Shown here: positions 12,364 through 24,323 of the stretch, in pieces
How the letters are laid out: each line of letters starts with the position of its first letter
Position numbering within the stretch: the first letter of the stretch is position 1
Made by a program: the position numbers and the translations under genes
NCBI RefSeq assembly: GCF_963853765.1
Contig: NC_088858.1
Coordinates: forward strand, 22,258,001 to 22,322,000
DNA from: Magallana gigas
Taxonomy: Eukaryota
Length of the DNA stretch: 64,000 nucleotides
Direction: 5' to 3'
The notes under the pieces: model-generated
Seen by the model: only the letters and a program-made list of their open reading frames with translations
What the model was told of the DNA's origin: nothing
Database searches by the model: none

Positions 12364-14069
12364 GAATATGCAAAGTCATTAACAATACGGAGGAAGGGTG
12401 TTTAATTTGGGACAAATTCCTTAATTACACGAATAGTGGCATCAGTGTAAGAGATACTCGCAAAATTTTTTTTAATTATTTTGTAATGAAGAGTTAGACA
12501 TTTTACCGAAATAAATAGTCATTCGAATAATAGAGAGATTTACCTCAGCGTGTTTTATGACGTATGGAAATGAAATTTGATATGCAATATCCAAGTAATT
12601 TATGGATAGTTATGAAAAATTAAATGACAGCTCAAAAGACTTAAAATTAATTTCTTTTTCACGTTGAAAAAGGTTGAGATAAGCATAGAGAAGTAATTTT
12701 GGAAACCAGTTTGAAATATAACTATATGTATGTCTCGTTGCGAGTATTTGAGTAACTCCTTAGCTAGTGGCTACTGTATCATTAGCGTTCAAGGTTGCTG
12801 CTTTCCTTTGGGGACAATCTTGATAATAAGCTATACACGTCAAGAGTGAGCAATCCAACACACTATCGCGCGCACTCCCATAAACGTAGGAACCCATAAT
12901 GTTGAGTCATGAAAAACCAATGCAATTAACTCATTGTGTGAAGAAATTCCTATCAAATACCCCTTTTCTATCCGACAATGCTAGGCCTTTTCTTTATGGA
13001 ATAGCAGTGATCGCTGCATGAAGAGATGGGTGGGGTCATTTTATTATAGTGAAGACGGGTGGACATGCCACTTGATTAAAGTTTTGTTGTCGATGCCCTT
13101 TTTTTCAAAGTTGTTATAACTTTTATTTATTTTCTCCAATTATGCTATTAAGGCACATGTACGCACAGTAGTATCATTTCGGGGTTGGGGGTTGGGGGGG
13201 GGGGGGGGCAAAGCTCGACAGACAGTAAAGGAAGGGAATAATGACTTACTTCGCCTAAGCTTAATTACAGGATGGGGTGTTGCATTGGGAGGAACAGAAG
13301 GTGTTTATTCAGCTATATCAACTTGCTATTACCTTCATAAAAGTTGTGATTTAAAAAGGGGGACACTTGACAAGAAATTTCTATATGAAATCATTATTTT
13401 AAAAGGGTACTGCTAGAAAACGTGACAACCCTTCTCTGCGATCTACTGGATACATCTATATGTTACAAAATCTATACTTAGTTTTACAAAAAAAAATTAA
13501 ACGAATTTTACGAGATCCTATTTTTTCTCATTTCTTTTTGCATTATTTTCGTACTCGTCAATGTCAAACATGGCAGTAAACTTCCATACAACTAATAAAA
13601 AGCCAATAAAGCGTTTCCAAGATGCACCACGCTGATTCAAAATGGCATTTAAAATGGGATATGATAGAGAAATCGATGATATAACGTCCCCGATTTCTAT
13701 TAATTTACATTATTTTTGAATTTATACGTTAAACCTTCTTGGGCCCATTTTCTTCTTGGCATTCGAAGAAGCTTTAAAGAGTATAGATTATACGAAACCA
13801 ACTGATAAAATTGCAGTGTTATCCGTTTCCAATTAAAACTGCAAGAAAAAGGAGTAATTAAATCATGAGAGCATAACGAGGCTATTATTACAAATTTAAC
13901 ATTATCAAGATTCGTATTTTTAACTGGTATTTTGTTGTATTGAAATCAAGTAACGGCTTGAGAAATCATCCCTATTAAAAATATATCTAAACTTATCTAA
14001 GTTGAAAAGAGAGTACAATATACAAGTACATATAGTACTGAGAATGTTATCTAATAACATAATATTTTC

Positions 14070-14073
<4 letters not shown>

Positions 14074-14107
<34 letters not shown>
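14074..14107. repeat. (GA)n microsatellite
   Basis: Pure GA run. Confidence 0.95.
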
Positions 14108-14109
<2 letters not shown>

Positions 14110-16972
14110 GAGATCTAAATATCGATTCTTTACGTAACCCTTGATTTTAAATACACTTATCTATAAATTTCATAGCTGGTCATGACTTAAAATATACAAG
14201 AGCACGTGTACTTTACTTATCCGGGATTAAAAATACACATGGTCTCACTTTCCATTCCTTAAAAAGGTTAAAAATCATGACTGTGCGATTGAAGTTATTT
14301 TAAAAATCCATTTATTTTCTCTAAGACTTCTTAATTCCAAGACGAGATTGTATCAACCTATATTAAAAAAGATCGACGCAATACTAGTGATTCCCGTGGA
14401 TACAATATTATTTAAAACTTTAAACATGTATCCATCTGATGATTTCGTATAAGCAGAATTTTTTACCCTTCGTGTTAAGATATATTTACATTCAACAACT
14501 TAAAAGAATGATCATATGATGAGTGGAAAAGAAAACAAATGTCATGTCTACTTGTGCACGATTTTGGACTATTGGCATGAAAATTTTCTACATTCTATCA
14601 CTTCGAAATGTTTGTATTCCAAAACAAAACTAAAGACTACTTATATGATAAGGGCCGGTGTGTTTAAGTCGAATTTAGTAAAAAAAAAAAAAAAAAAAAA
14701 AGGTGCACTCTTTTATGACTAAAGTAGGATGACCCTGGGAGAATTTCGGTCTACTTTATAAATAAAAACTTTTTCATCTTAATATTAATCTGTAATTATA
14801 GAAGCACGCGTCCAATGGGTATTCATTAATCTAAAATAAAAAAAGATAAGAAAAAAAGAGAGAAAAAGATGAGAAATGACTTTAATTTGAATCAGTGCGA
14901 TAGCAGTTAAGATCTGAAAATGAGATAATTTGTAGGAATAACATATATTTTTTGACAAAATGATGCTTCTATGAATAACTAAATTTGCATGATCCTATGA
15001 TAATTTTACCCAGCTGTATTTTCCAAGAATATAAATTAAAAAAAAAACATTTATGGAAAACGAAATAATTTCTTCAACTTTTTTTTTTTTTTATCAATTT
15101 AGGTCCCTTCTTTAAAAGGCGATAGCGGATGTGTGGGTGGTTGAATTGTTCCCTCACCCTTTGTCCGTATGTCTGTCCCCCAACATTAGGATTGAGAAGG
15201 TGAACATATGGGTCATTAAATTACAAATTATATAAAATAAAATTTATATCGAAGCCGGCGTTTTCTTTAATCAATATCTCATTCAAGCTAAAAGAAGATG
15301 AAATCAAAGACAAAAATTATCAACGGATTTGCAACCGAGATAATATCTTTTATAACCATTTTTGTTTAACCCTATGACAAATTGTTTATTTCAAAATATG
15401 CACGAGAACTTAATGATTCATAGAACGAGCGTCTTTTTTCATGATTATAAAAAGAAAATCAATGCTGTATATTTGTATTTGTTAAGTATTTGACTTTCGA
15501 AAATAATAAGAAAAGATTATTTCATTTGAAAAGGAAGATAGAAAAAAAGAAATTGTAATTCAGAATTAAAGACTAATTACAAACCGTATTATCTCCCCTT
15601 TTTATCGGTCACGCTGTACTAAAGCTGCAAAAATTTAAAAATTTTGTATTCCACGAATCGGTCGTGATTTTGATAAAACTTTAAAATGCAAATTTTAGTC
15701 TAACGCTCGGCGATTTAATGTTTTAATCATTAAAATCATCTTATATGATAGGGGGAAGTAAATTGTTAGTAAGAATTCTTTTTAATTTATTACGTAAAGT
15801 AATTCATACAATACATATGGGCCTCATACATTAAAAAGTACGTAAAATTATATTTAAAAAAAACTAATACATTTTACCTTTAGTTTTAGCCATACACTCA
15901 GTATGTTTTAATTCATTTTTAACACTTTGCACGCCAAATTCGAATAAGAAAAAATAGCTACTTGTTTTATTCATAAACGAACATCAAAACGATTAAAATT
16001 TTCCAACTAAAAGAATCTCCACAAATATGTCAGAATTTCATTCATAATAACTTTAATAAGTGAACTTACGAAATCGCCATTGTCTTTCGTTGTTCCTGAT
16101 ATCCTCTCTCGCCTACGCTTTACATAACAGCCTGGGAATATTTTCAAGAGCTATCAACAACCTAGTGCAGATTTATCTCATTATATCGTCAGCTATTCAA
16201 CTTCCGAATGGCATTGTCATAATTGTCTCCAATTATCAGATTAAAAGTAACTTTGTTATGCAAAAGACTAAAAAAGATTGTTTAAAAAAAAAGAAGAATT
16301 TAAATTGTGTTTTAGAATATAACGACAAGACTAGTCCATAAATTAGGTACAGGGGCAAGACTCGGCAAACAATGGCCTCCATATATTATCACTGAAAAAA
16401 TTGTATTGTTATCACCTGAGGTGTCTCTATGCCCCCCATTTAAAGCTGCTTCGGGTTCTTCCTAAGTAAATTGTTCGATAGATTCAATAAATGCAGAAAC
16501 GGGTGATTTCTATCTGTTATTTGTTTGTGTTGGGTAGATAAAGTTTAAAGATCCTTTAAAATGGTAACCCTTCAACACATGAAAGATTTTTCGACGATTC
16601 CTCATTCGAAGACAGGACCCTGGGACTACTTTGTCAAAGGGGATATTTATAGGCGTTAAACAAAGAAGAGGGTGTGTGCGTATGGAGATGTTGTTTGACA
16701 TTTACCAAATGAATTTTTTATTCCCACTTTTTGGGGAGCATAAACAGCCCATATCACCAAGAAACAATCCAGTGTTTGTGTCGAAGGAATTTATGCGAAA
16801 CAAATATTTATTTCGTTTACAAGTATTGCCACAAAACTACAAAATGCTGGGGTCACCTACAACTCCTGGTCTGTAAGACCTGCTTTTAGCTATATACTTG
16901 TAGTCTGTCATCAAGACTTGCCACAAATAACTCCAAAAAATTGGTTGGCGTTCCTAGGGTTTTAAGACCGTG

Positions 16973-16975
<3 letters not shown>

Positions 16976-17045
<70 letters not shown>

Positions 17046-17056
17046 AAGAGAGAGAG
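16976..17056. repeat. (GA)n microsatellite
   Basis: GA run with two G-to-A interruptions. Confidence 0.95.
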
Positions 17057-18771
17057 TTCCTTCATAATTTGTCCTCTAATATGTTTATATACTATTACTT
17101 GACAATTACAAACGTTGGATTTACCAAAATTTGGTCATGTTTTTCAATCAAGCATTTTTCGGATAAACGTATTACCATTAAATCATCTAGAGTATACGTA
17201 TACCACGTTAATTTTTTTTTTATAGCTAACACACTACAGACACTGTTTTGAATTTAGTTTATCAATGAGTAGACTCTGAGTAAAACCATGAGAACAAAGT
17301 GTCCAGTCGAATGAAGTCTGACACGCACTTGTCTTTGATTGATACCAAGGACGCGGTGCCACCCCAAACCACAAATCTTGATCTATTAGCCCTTTTAAGA
17401 TGGGCAGGTCAAAGTTTGAGTAAATAAACATATATGGCCCTGCTCTCATCTATCGGTGTTTAATTTTTGCTAATTACGCTGTTGATTGATGATCTTTCTC
17501 AGATGATCACACCAAGGTCTAGTTAACATGGGCTCTGTTTAGTGATACATCGCCCCCCTTTTTCACAAGGTAAAAAAATTCTGCGCAAGAAAAATGATGA
17601 TTACAAAGCATATACATGTAGTACGAAAGCCTAGTTATAAGATCGATTTTAAAAAAGTAAAAAAAGTATTTTTCATAACTCGTTATTTCGAGTAAGTATC
17701 TTATCATAACGAGTTACAATTATGCGGTATCTTATTACATTTCGAGTTAGTATCTCGTTATAAAGAATTCATTTTCTCGTAATTTAACGGGATAATTATC
17801 TCATGATAACGAGATACAATATACTAACTTAATCCATCTGGTAGACTATTTGACTTGAAAGATAATTTGAATCCTTTTACTACGTTTCTTAATCAAATTT
17901 ATAATATGGAGTAAGAATTACGTGTACATACAGAGCACCTTCTTGTCTTAGTGACGGGTGAAAGGAGAGGGAGAGTGGTTTAATAATCAGACTGCTTTCA
18001 GACATAATGTAGCGTATATTGATTCTGCAAGTATATATATTCATCTGCATTTTAAATAACTTTCAGTTTCTTTTGGTGTATAAGGTCATCTACTGCAATT
18101 TTATCTACCAGACAAAAGGGTTTCTGTGTATGATTTGTAAGCTTTGATAGACAGTTTTAATATTTTCGAGTAAAAAACTTTGTCTGATATTGGTACGCTC
18201 GGTTACTCAATTACAGGTTCATCGACCATCTTTTAAATTCCACCAAGTGACTGACTGAATTATTACTAAACTAAGGCCAAAATGTGTAATGTTCAAAACA
18301 GTTTTTTTTAATCCATCGACAATTGCGGTTCAAGGATTACTCGTAGTTCAAGGTGGACAACACAAGGAATTAACAAGAATCTTGAGCTGAATAAAATCCC
18401 CGCCGAAATGATATTCATAAGTGTGAGATGTCGAAAACACATAACTTTAATCCAGACCAAGTTCAAGGATCAAGGATTAAGATGAGAAAAACACAGGATA
18501 ATCTCGTGTTTTGTTGATAATAGACAAAGTCATTAAAAGGTTGTACCCGAGCACAGATTTAAGCTAAGCAGATACAGTGGACTGAACTGGATCAAACCAG
18601 AACCAAGGTTCATAAACACTTTTACCATGAACTATTCCCCTGTACATTCTACATCCGTATTGATTTTTTGTATAATCAAACTAAAATTATTTTTTATTTT
18701 TTTCAAATAATTCAAATCTTTAAAAAAGAGATGACGATTATGCGGCATCCGTTGCAGTTATTCAAAGTTTA

Positions 18772-18865
18772 AACTTTCTATGAAAATTAGTTCGTTTCAA
18801 AAATTATTTGATACTTTTAACTTTCTATGAAAATTAGTTCGTTTCAAAAATTATTTGATACTTTT
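18772..18865. repeat. Exact 47-bp tandem duplication
   Basis: aactttctatgaaaattagttcgtttcaaaaattatttgatactttt occurs twice in succession. Confidence 0.9.
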
Positions 18866-20067
18866 ATAGCCAAATCAAAAATTAATTAAATCAAGCAGTT
18901 TTAATATAAGAATATGATCTTACATATTTAGAACATTTAATAATTCAATGAATACAGAACCATGCACAAAAATATAATGTTTTCACTTGGTTTAAATCTA
19001 ACAAATGGATTCAAACCCTCAAGATTTTTTTGACTTGGCGCCGCACAACATACATATACGTATTCAAAAGGCATAGGGCTATGTCGTGAAAATGGAAAGC
19101 AATGCCTAGGTTAGTTTTGCCATGTGTACCTTACTAAGATAAAAGTTTTAACTCATTAAAAGACGTTATATTCGGGCATATAAATGGCAGGTCAAATACA
19201 CAAAAATCGTCTGAGTATAGTTTGATTGTATTCTATTTTTTATCTGATTTGACTTTATTTTGTCTTGAACAAGTGTATAAATTAAAATATACCTGACTTC
19301 GGTATCAAATGCTGTTTGTTTACTTTTTTCTTCACACTGAATAATTTGCATTTAAATTATCATTTTACAAGAAAAACAAACCGAGAAATATTTATCAGTT
19401 CAAGCAGGGTTCGTCTTTAATCCAGTTCTACATACATGTAAACACTGTACCAGACCGTTGTTATCAAGGCTATAGTTAGCTATTTTGTTGTTGATAGTGA
19501 CCACAAATTCTGTGAACAATATTTTAATCAAAATGAATTCCGTCATCAAAATAGAATCGCTCAGCTAGGTTCAAATTCAAGTGCAAATTCACATCTTGTT
19601 AGTTCATTATCATCCCTTATATACCAGTCTTGGTTGAACCTGGAATTAAATCTAACATGTTTACTTAAAAATCCATATTTTTTTTTATTTTTTCCTAAAT
19701 AATGATAGTACAGTTCATTCTTTAATTTTTCCCTTTATCTTATGTACACAAAATTCCAAAAATATATCTCTCTGCAAGTCAATCATATTATATCCTATAG
19801 AAATATCTCGTACAAAGAGATTTCCACTACTTGACTTTGTATTGGGGAGGGTTTATATAGGCTTTGTCTGGTGCCTAATCCTTTTGAATTATCAATAAAA
19901 TGAATCAAGGATATTTCGGTTACTACTACGTCCCTTTAATATTCATCTAAATATTACTACCATTTTCTTAGTAGTAATTTAATATACTTTGAGATTTTAT
20001 TAAAATAGTGATGAAAGTGCATCCTATTTTTTACTTCTAAATGCAGTTAGTATCAAATGTTAGTAAA

Positions 20068-20069
<2 letters not shown>

Positions 20070-20104
<35 letters not shown>

Positions 20105-22034
20105 GAACAATAGGTATGATAAAATCAGCTTAATGGAGTCATAATACAAACTATCTGGACAATGTACAATAATACATGTAGATCCCGTATAAATAAAATC
20201 CATTTCCCCCTGGATATTCTTATGTTTATAATCATTAGTCCCTTTTCTAACAGGACGATTTTATAGTCATATCATATGTTGAGTATTGCAGTTCTCAAAA
20301 AGATCCTTAACAATTGTTTATATATGGGATATAAACGTACATAAACTCTGAACCTTCTTGTGAGGCCAAAGAATTGTCCTGGGGCCAAAGTCTTAACAAT
20401 TATAAAGAATCATCTGGCTGATTAGTTTCTGAGAAGAAGATTTTTAAAGATTTACCATATATATTCCTTTGTTAAACTTTGAACCCCCATTGTGGCCCCA
20501 CCCTACCCCTGGGGATCATGATTTTCACAACTTTGAATTTACACTACCTGAGGACGCTTCCACACAAGTTTAAGCTTTCCTAGCTGATTAGTTTCTGAGA
20601 AGAAGATTTTTAAAGATTTACCATATATATTCCTATGTAAAACTTTGACCTTCCATTGTGGCCCCACCCTACCCCCGGGGGTCATGATTTTCACAACTAT
20701 GAATCTACACTACCTGATGATGCTTCCACACAAGTGTCAGCTTTACTGGCTGATTAGTTTCTGAGAAAAAGATTTTTAAAGATTTACTCTATATATTCCT
20801 ATGTAAAACTTCGATCCCCCATTGTGGCCCCACCCTACCCCCGGGGGTCATGATTTTCACAACTTTGAATCTACACTACCTGAGGATGCTTCCACACAAG
20901 TGTCAGCTTTCCTGGCTGATTAGTTTCTGAGAAGAAGATTTTTAAAGATTTACTCTATATATTCCTATGTAATAAAACTTCGACACCTCATTGTGGCCCC
21001 ACCCTACCCCTGGGGATCATGAATTTCACAACTATGAATTTACACTACCTGAGGATGCTTCCACACAAGTTTCAGCTTTCCTGGCTGATTAGTTTCTGAA
21101 AGGAAGATTTTTAAAGATTTACTTTATATATTCCCATGTTAAACTTCGACACCCCATTGTGGCCCAACCCTACCCCGGGGGTCATGATTTTCACAACTGT
21201 GAATTTACACTACCTGAGGATGCTTCCACACAAGTTTCAGCTTTCCTGGTCTTATGGTTCATGAGAAGAAGATTTTTAAAGATTTACTCTATATATTCCT
21301 ATGTTAAATTTGACCCCCAATTGTGGCCCCACCCTACCCCCGGGGGCATGATTTTCACAAATTAGAATTTACACTACCTGAGGATGCTTCCATACAAGTT
21401 TCAGCTTTCCTGGTCTTATGGTTCAGGAGAAGAAGATTTTTAAAGATTTACTCTATATATTCCTATGTAAAACTTTGACCCCCCATTGTGGCCCCACCCT
21501 ACCCTCGAGGGTCATGATTTTCACAAATTAGAATTTACACTACCTGAGGATGCTTCCACACAAGTTTCAGCTTTCCTGGTCTTATGGTTCATGAGAAGAA
21601 GATTTTTAAAGATTTACCCTATATATTCCTATGTTAAATTTCGACCCCCCATTGTGGCCCCACCCTACCCTCGGGGGTCATGATTTTCACAAATTAGAAT
21701 TTACACTACCTGAGGATGCTTCCACACAAGTTTCAGCTTTCCTGGTCTTATGGTTCATGAGAAGAAGATTTTCAAAGATTTACTCTGTATATTCCTATGT
21801 AAAACTTCGACCCCCCCATTGTGGCCCCACCCTACCCCCGGGGGTCATGATTTTCACAAATTAGAATCTACACTACCAGATGATGTTTCCACACAAGTTT
21901 CACCTTTCCTGGTCTTATGGTTCATGAGAAGAAGATTTTTGAAAATTTCTCGAAAATTTTCATAAATTCCTAATTATCTCCCTTTGCAAAAGGGCGTGAT
22001 CCTTAATTTTCACAAATTTAAATCCCCTTAGGCT

Positions 22035-22083
<49 letters not shown>

Positions 22084-22203
22084 GAAGATGTTGAAAATGT
22101 GAAAAGTTTACAGACAGACGGACAGATGGACGGACAGACAGACAGACGACAGACAAAATGTGATCAGAATAGCTCACTTGAGCTTTCAGCTCGGTGAGCT
22201 AAA
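20070..22203 (+). mobile_element. Non-autonomous Helentron/HINE-like element carrying a ~166-bp satellite array
   Basis: 5' end aacaagaggcccatgggccacatcgctcacctgag. A (GACA/GACG)n tract lies at about 22110-22155. A 3' hairpin gctcacttgagctttcagctcggtgagc is followed by taaaaa. The flanks are A-rich. This layout is established for DINE-1/HINE elements in oysters. Confidence 0.85.
20426..21940 (+). repeat. ~166-bp satellite, 9 full monomers (Cg170/HindIII-like family, by recall)
   Basis: The anchor motif ..gagaagaagatttttaaag recurs at about 20426, 20592, 20758, 20924, 21093, 21258, 21422, 21588, 21754 and 21921. There is an AAGCTT site in monomer 1. Confidence 0.9.
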
Positions 22204-23570
22204 AATACTTCTTTTTAATGAGTATTTACCTATTATTTTATTGTATTTTCAATAAAATTAAAACATCACAGAATTAAATTGTAGTGTACAAGTTTAACAA
22301 GGATTTGTAGTAATAAAACACAGACTATTTACAGACACAAACTTTCTCACAATCTGTAGATCACATAAAATTTCTCTATAATAGAACAGCGGAGGTAGTC
22401 AGACACTATAAGATTATTGTAATCAGGCTGATGTTAAAAAGGAGGGGGGAGGAGGGGGGGGGGGCATCAATGTTTGTACTAGGTCAGTATACAATGATAA
22501 TCTTCAAACGTACTAAAATCATTACACTTATGACATCCTGGTACAGTAAAAATCACCTGCACAGATCATTGATTTTTTATAAAATTGAACATCATAAAAA
22601 GGTACATGAAAAATTTATGTCAAGCTCTTCTTTATTTGAAGATAGAAAAGAACTATGGAAATGGTCACAACCATATATCCTTCTTCAAATTAGCTCCTTT
22701 TTATGTGTTTTTCCTCCTCAGTCAATTCATAATGACCACAGTTGCACATTATATATTTCTTCCTATGAAAACTTATCTGTTTATAGTATTACAGCAAAAT
22801 TTATGCTAATCTGACAGATACATGGGTATATTACATTTTCATCCATTACTTTAACTGCTAATCAATAACTTGATTTCAGAACTCAATTTACATACTGTCA
22901 GCAGCGAGTGCACTTCTGTTATTTCTCTTGAAGTCTTTGAATTCTGTAAAACAGTTAGTAGTCCCCGTTAATGAAATAGCTGTTCTATTCAGAAATTCAA
23001 TAAATAGAAATATGGTAACAATGTATCTGCAAACATACTGTAGATATTATTCTTCCATAAAACTCTAATTAAAAAGACATTGAAATATGTGATTATCATT
23101 ATGGTAATACATGTAATTTTGAGCAATTTTTTCGCACCATACCCTGGTTTTACTTGAACATTTAAAAAAAGAACATTTCAGATAATGATACAGTTCATGT
23201 GTATAAAAAAATGTAGATTATTTAAAACATTCCAAACATTAAAAAGGTTTTTACAATTCAATACAGCCATATTAATGTACTGGTATTTCTGTATGTCTAT
23301 TGCACATTGAAAATGATATTGATTAGCTTTGAAATTTGCAACACACCAGAAATCCAAACTTTAGCTTGATTGCAACACACTAGAAAACCCAAACTTTAAT
23401 TCAAGCACATGATATTTGCCATTTCTATTTATTCATGTGTATAACATGCATATCAAAAGAGAATCAAAATATAGAATTAGCCCTTGCAATGAAAACGGTT
23501 AAGAATGGGACACTTTCAACAATATAATCACCAGTTTAAAAATTCTAATAAAATGTTCACTGAGTCTTAA

Positions 23571-24055
23571 AGGGGCATGGTCATGATTTTGGTCGAATTT
23601 TATTTTTCTGTTTTGATTATTTACAATGCTTTAGGAATGCATTTCTAACGATCAAATGAAATTTGGGTGCCAGTCGATAAGTTTTAAGCAAGATACAGGG
23701 CTCACAATTCTTCGTCATGTAAACAAGGCTCGTGCCCTCTTTTTTTTTTTTTTTTTATACATAGGTTCAATATATCAGTAAAAATCTTTTTCAGGTGATT
23801 TGTCTCTCTTTTCATTCATTTTAAGCATAAATAAACAGTTCCTAACGATTAACACATTCATTTTAGGTCTAAACTGGAATTTTTACTTCAACATTCAAAA
23901 TTTAAACAAAAGCTTTGTTTACATAGGGAAGAATTTTAAGCTCTGTAACTCGCTTATAACTCAACAAATGACACTCAAATTTTGGTTGCCTATTAAAAAT
24001 GCCTTACTTTAAAATCGAAATAATAATTTATGACCAAAATCGTGACCATGCCCCT
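23571..24055. mobile_element. TTAA-flanked non-autonomous DNA element (Kolobok-type), 485 bp
   Basis: TTAA at 23567-23570 and 24056-24059. 24-bp TIRs aggggcatggtca(t/c)gattttggtc with 1 mismatch. Confidence 0.85.
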
Positions 24056-24323
24056 TTAAACTCTTGACTTACAAACCAATAGCTGCTCTTAATTTATATC
24101 ATAGTGTGAAAGTTAAAAATATGAAGTATTAAAGTGTTAATTTTATCATTTATTTCAAAAGAATGTACATCAAATGACAAAGTTGTCCCATTCCTCTCTT
24201 AACACAACACAGAAAAAATTCACAACAGTAATTGGTCCCTTGATTGATTGGCTTAACAAAGTTTAAAATACTATCTAAATGTTTAAAAAAAAAAACATCT
24301 AAAATCTCAGAATATTTGATTGC

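Noticed and set aside
21159-21965. Several 65-77-aa ORFs with repeated WPHPT/HDFHKLEFTLPEDAS
   Set aside because: They are translations of 166-bp satellite monomers; the frame shifts between units and most start with non-ATG codons.
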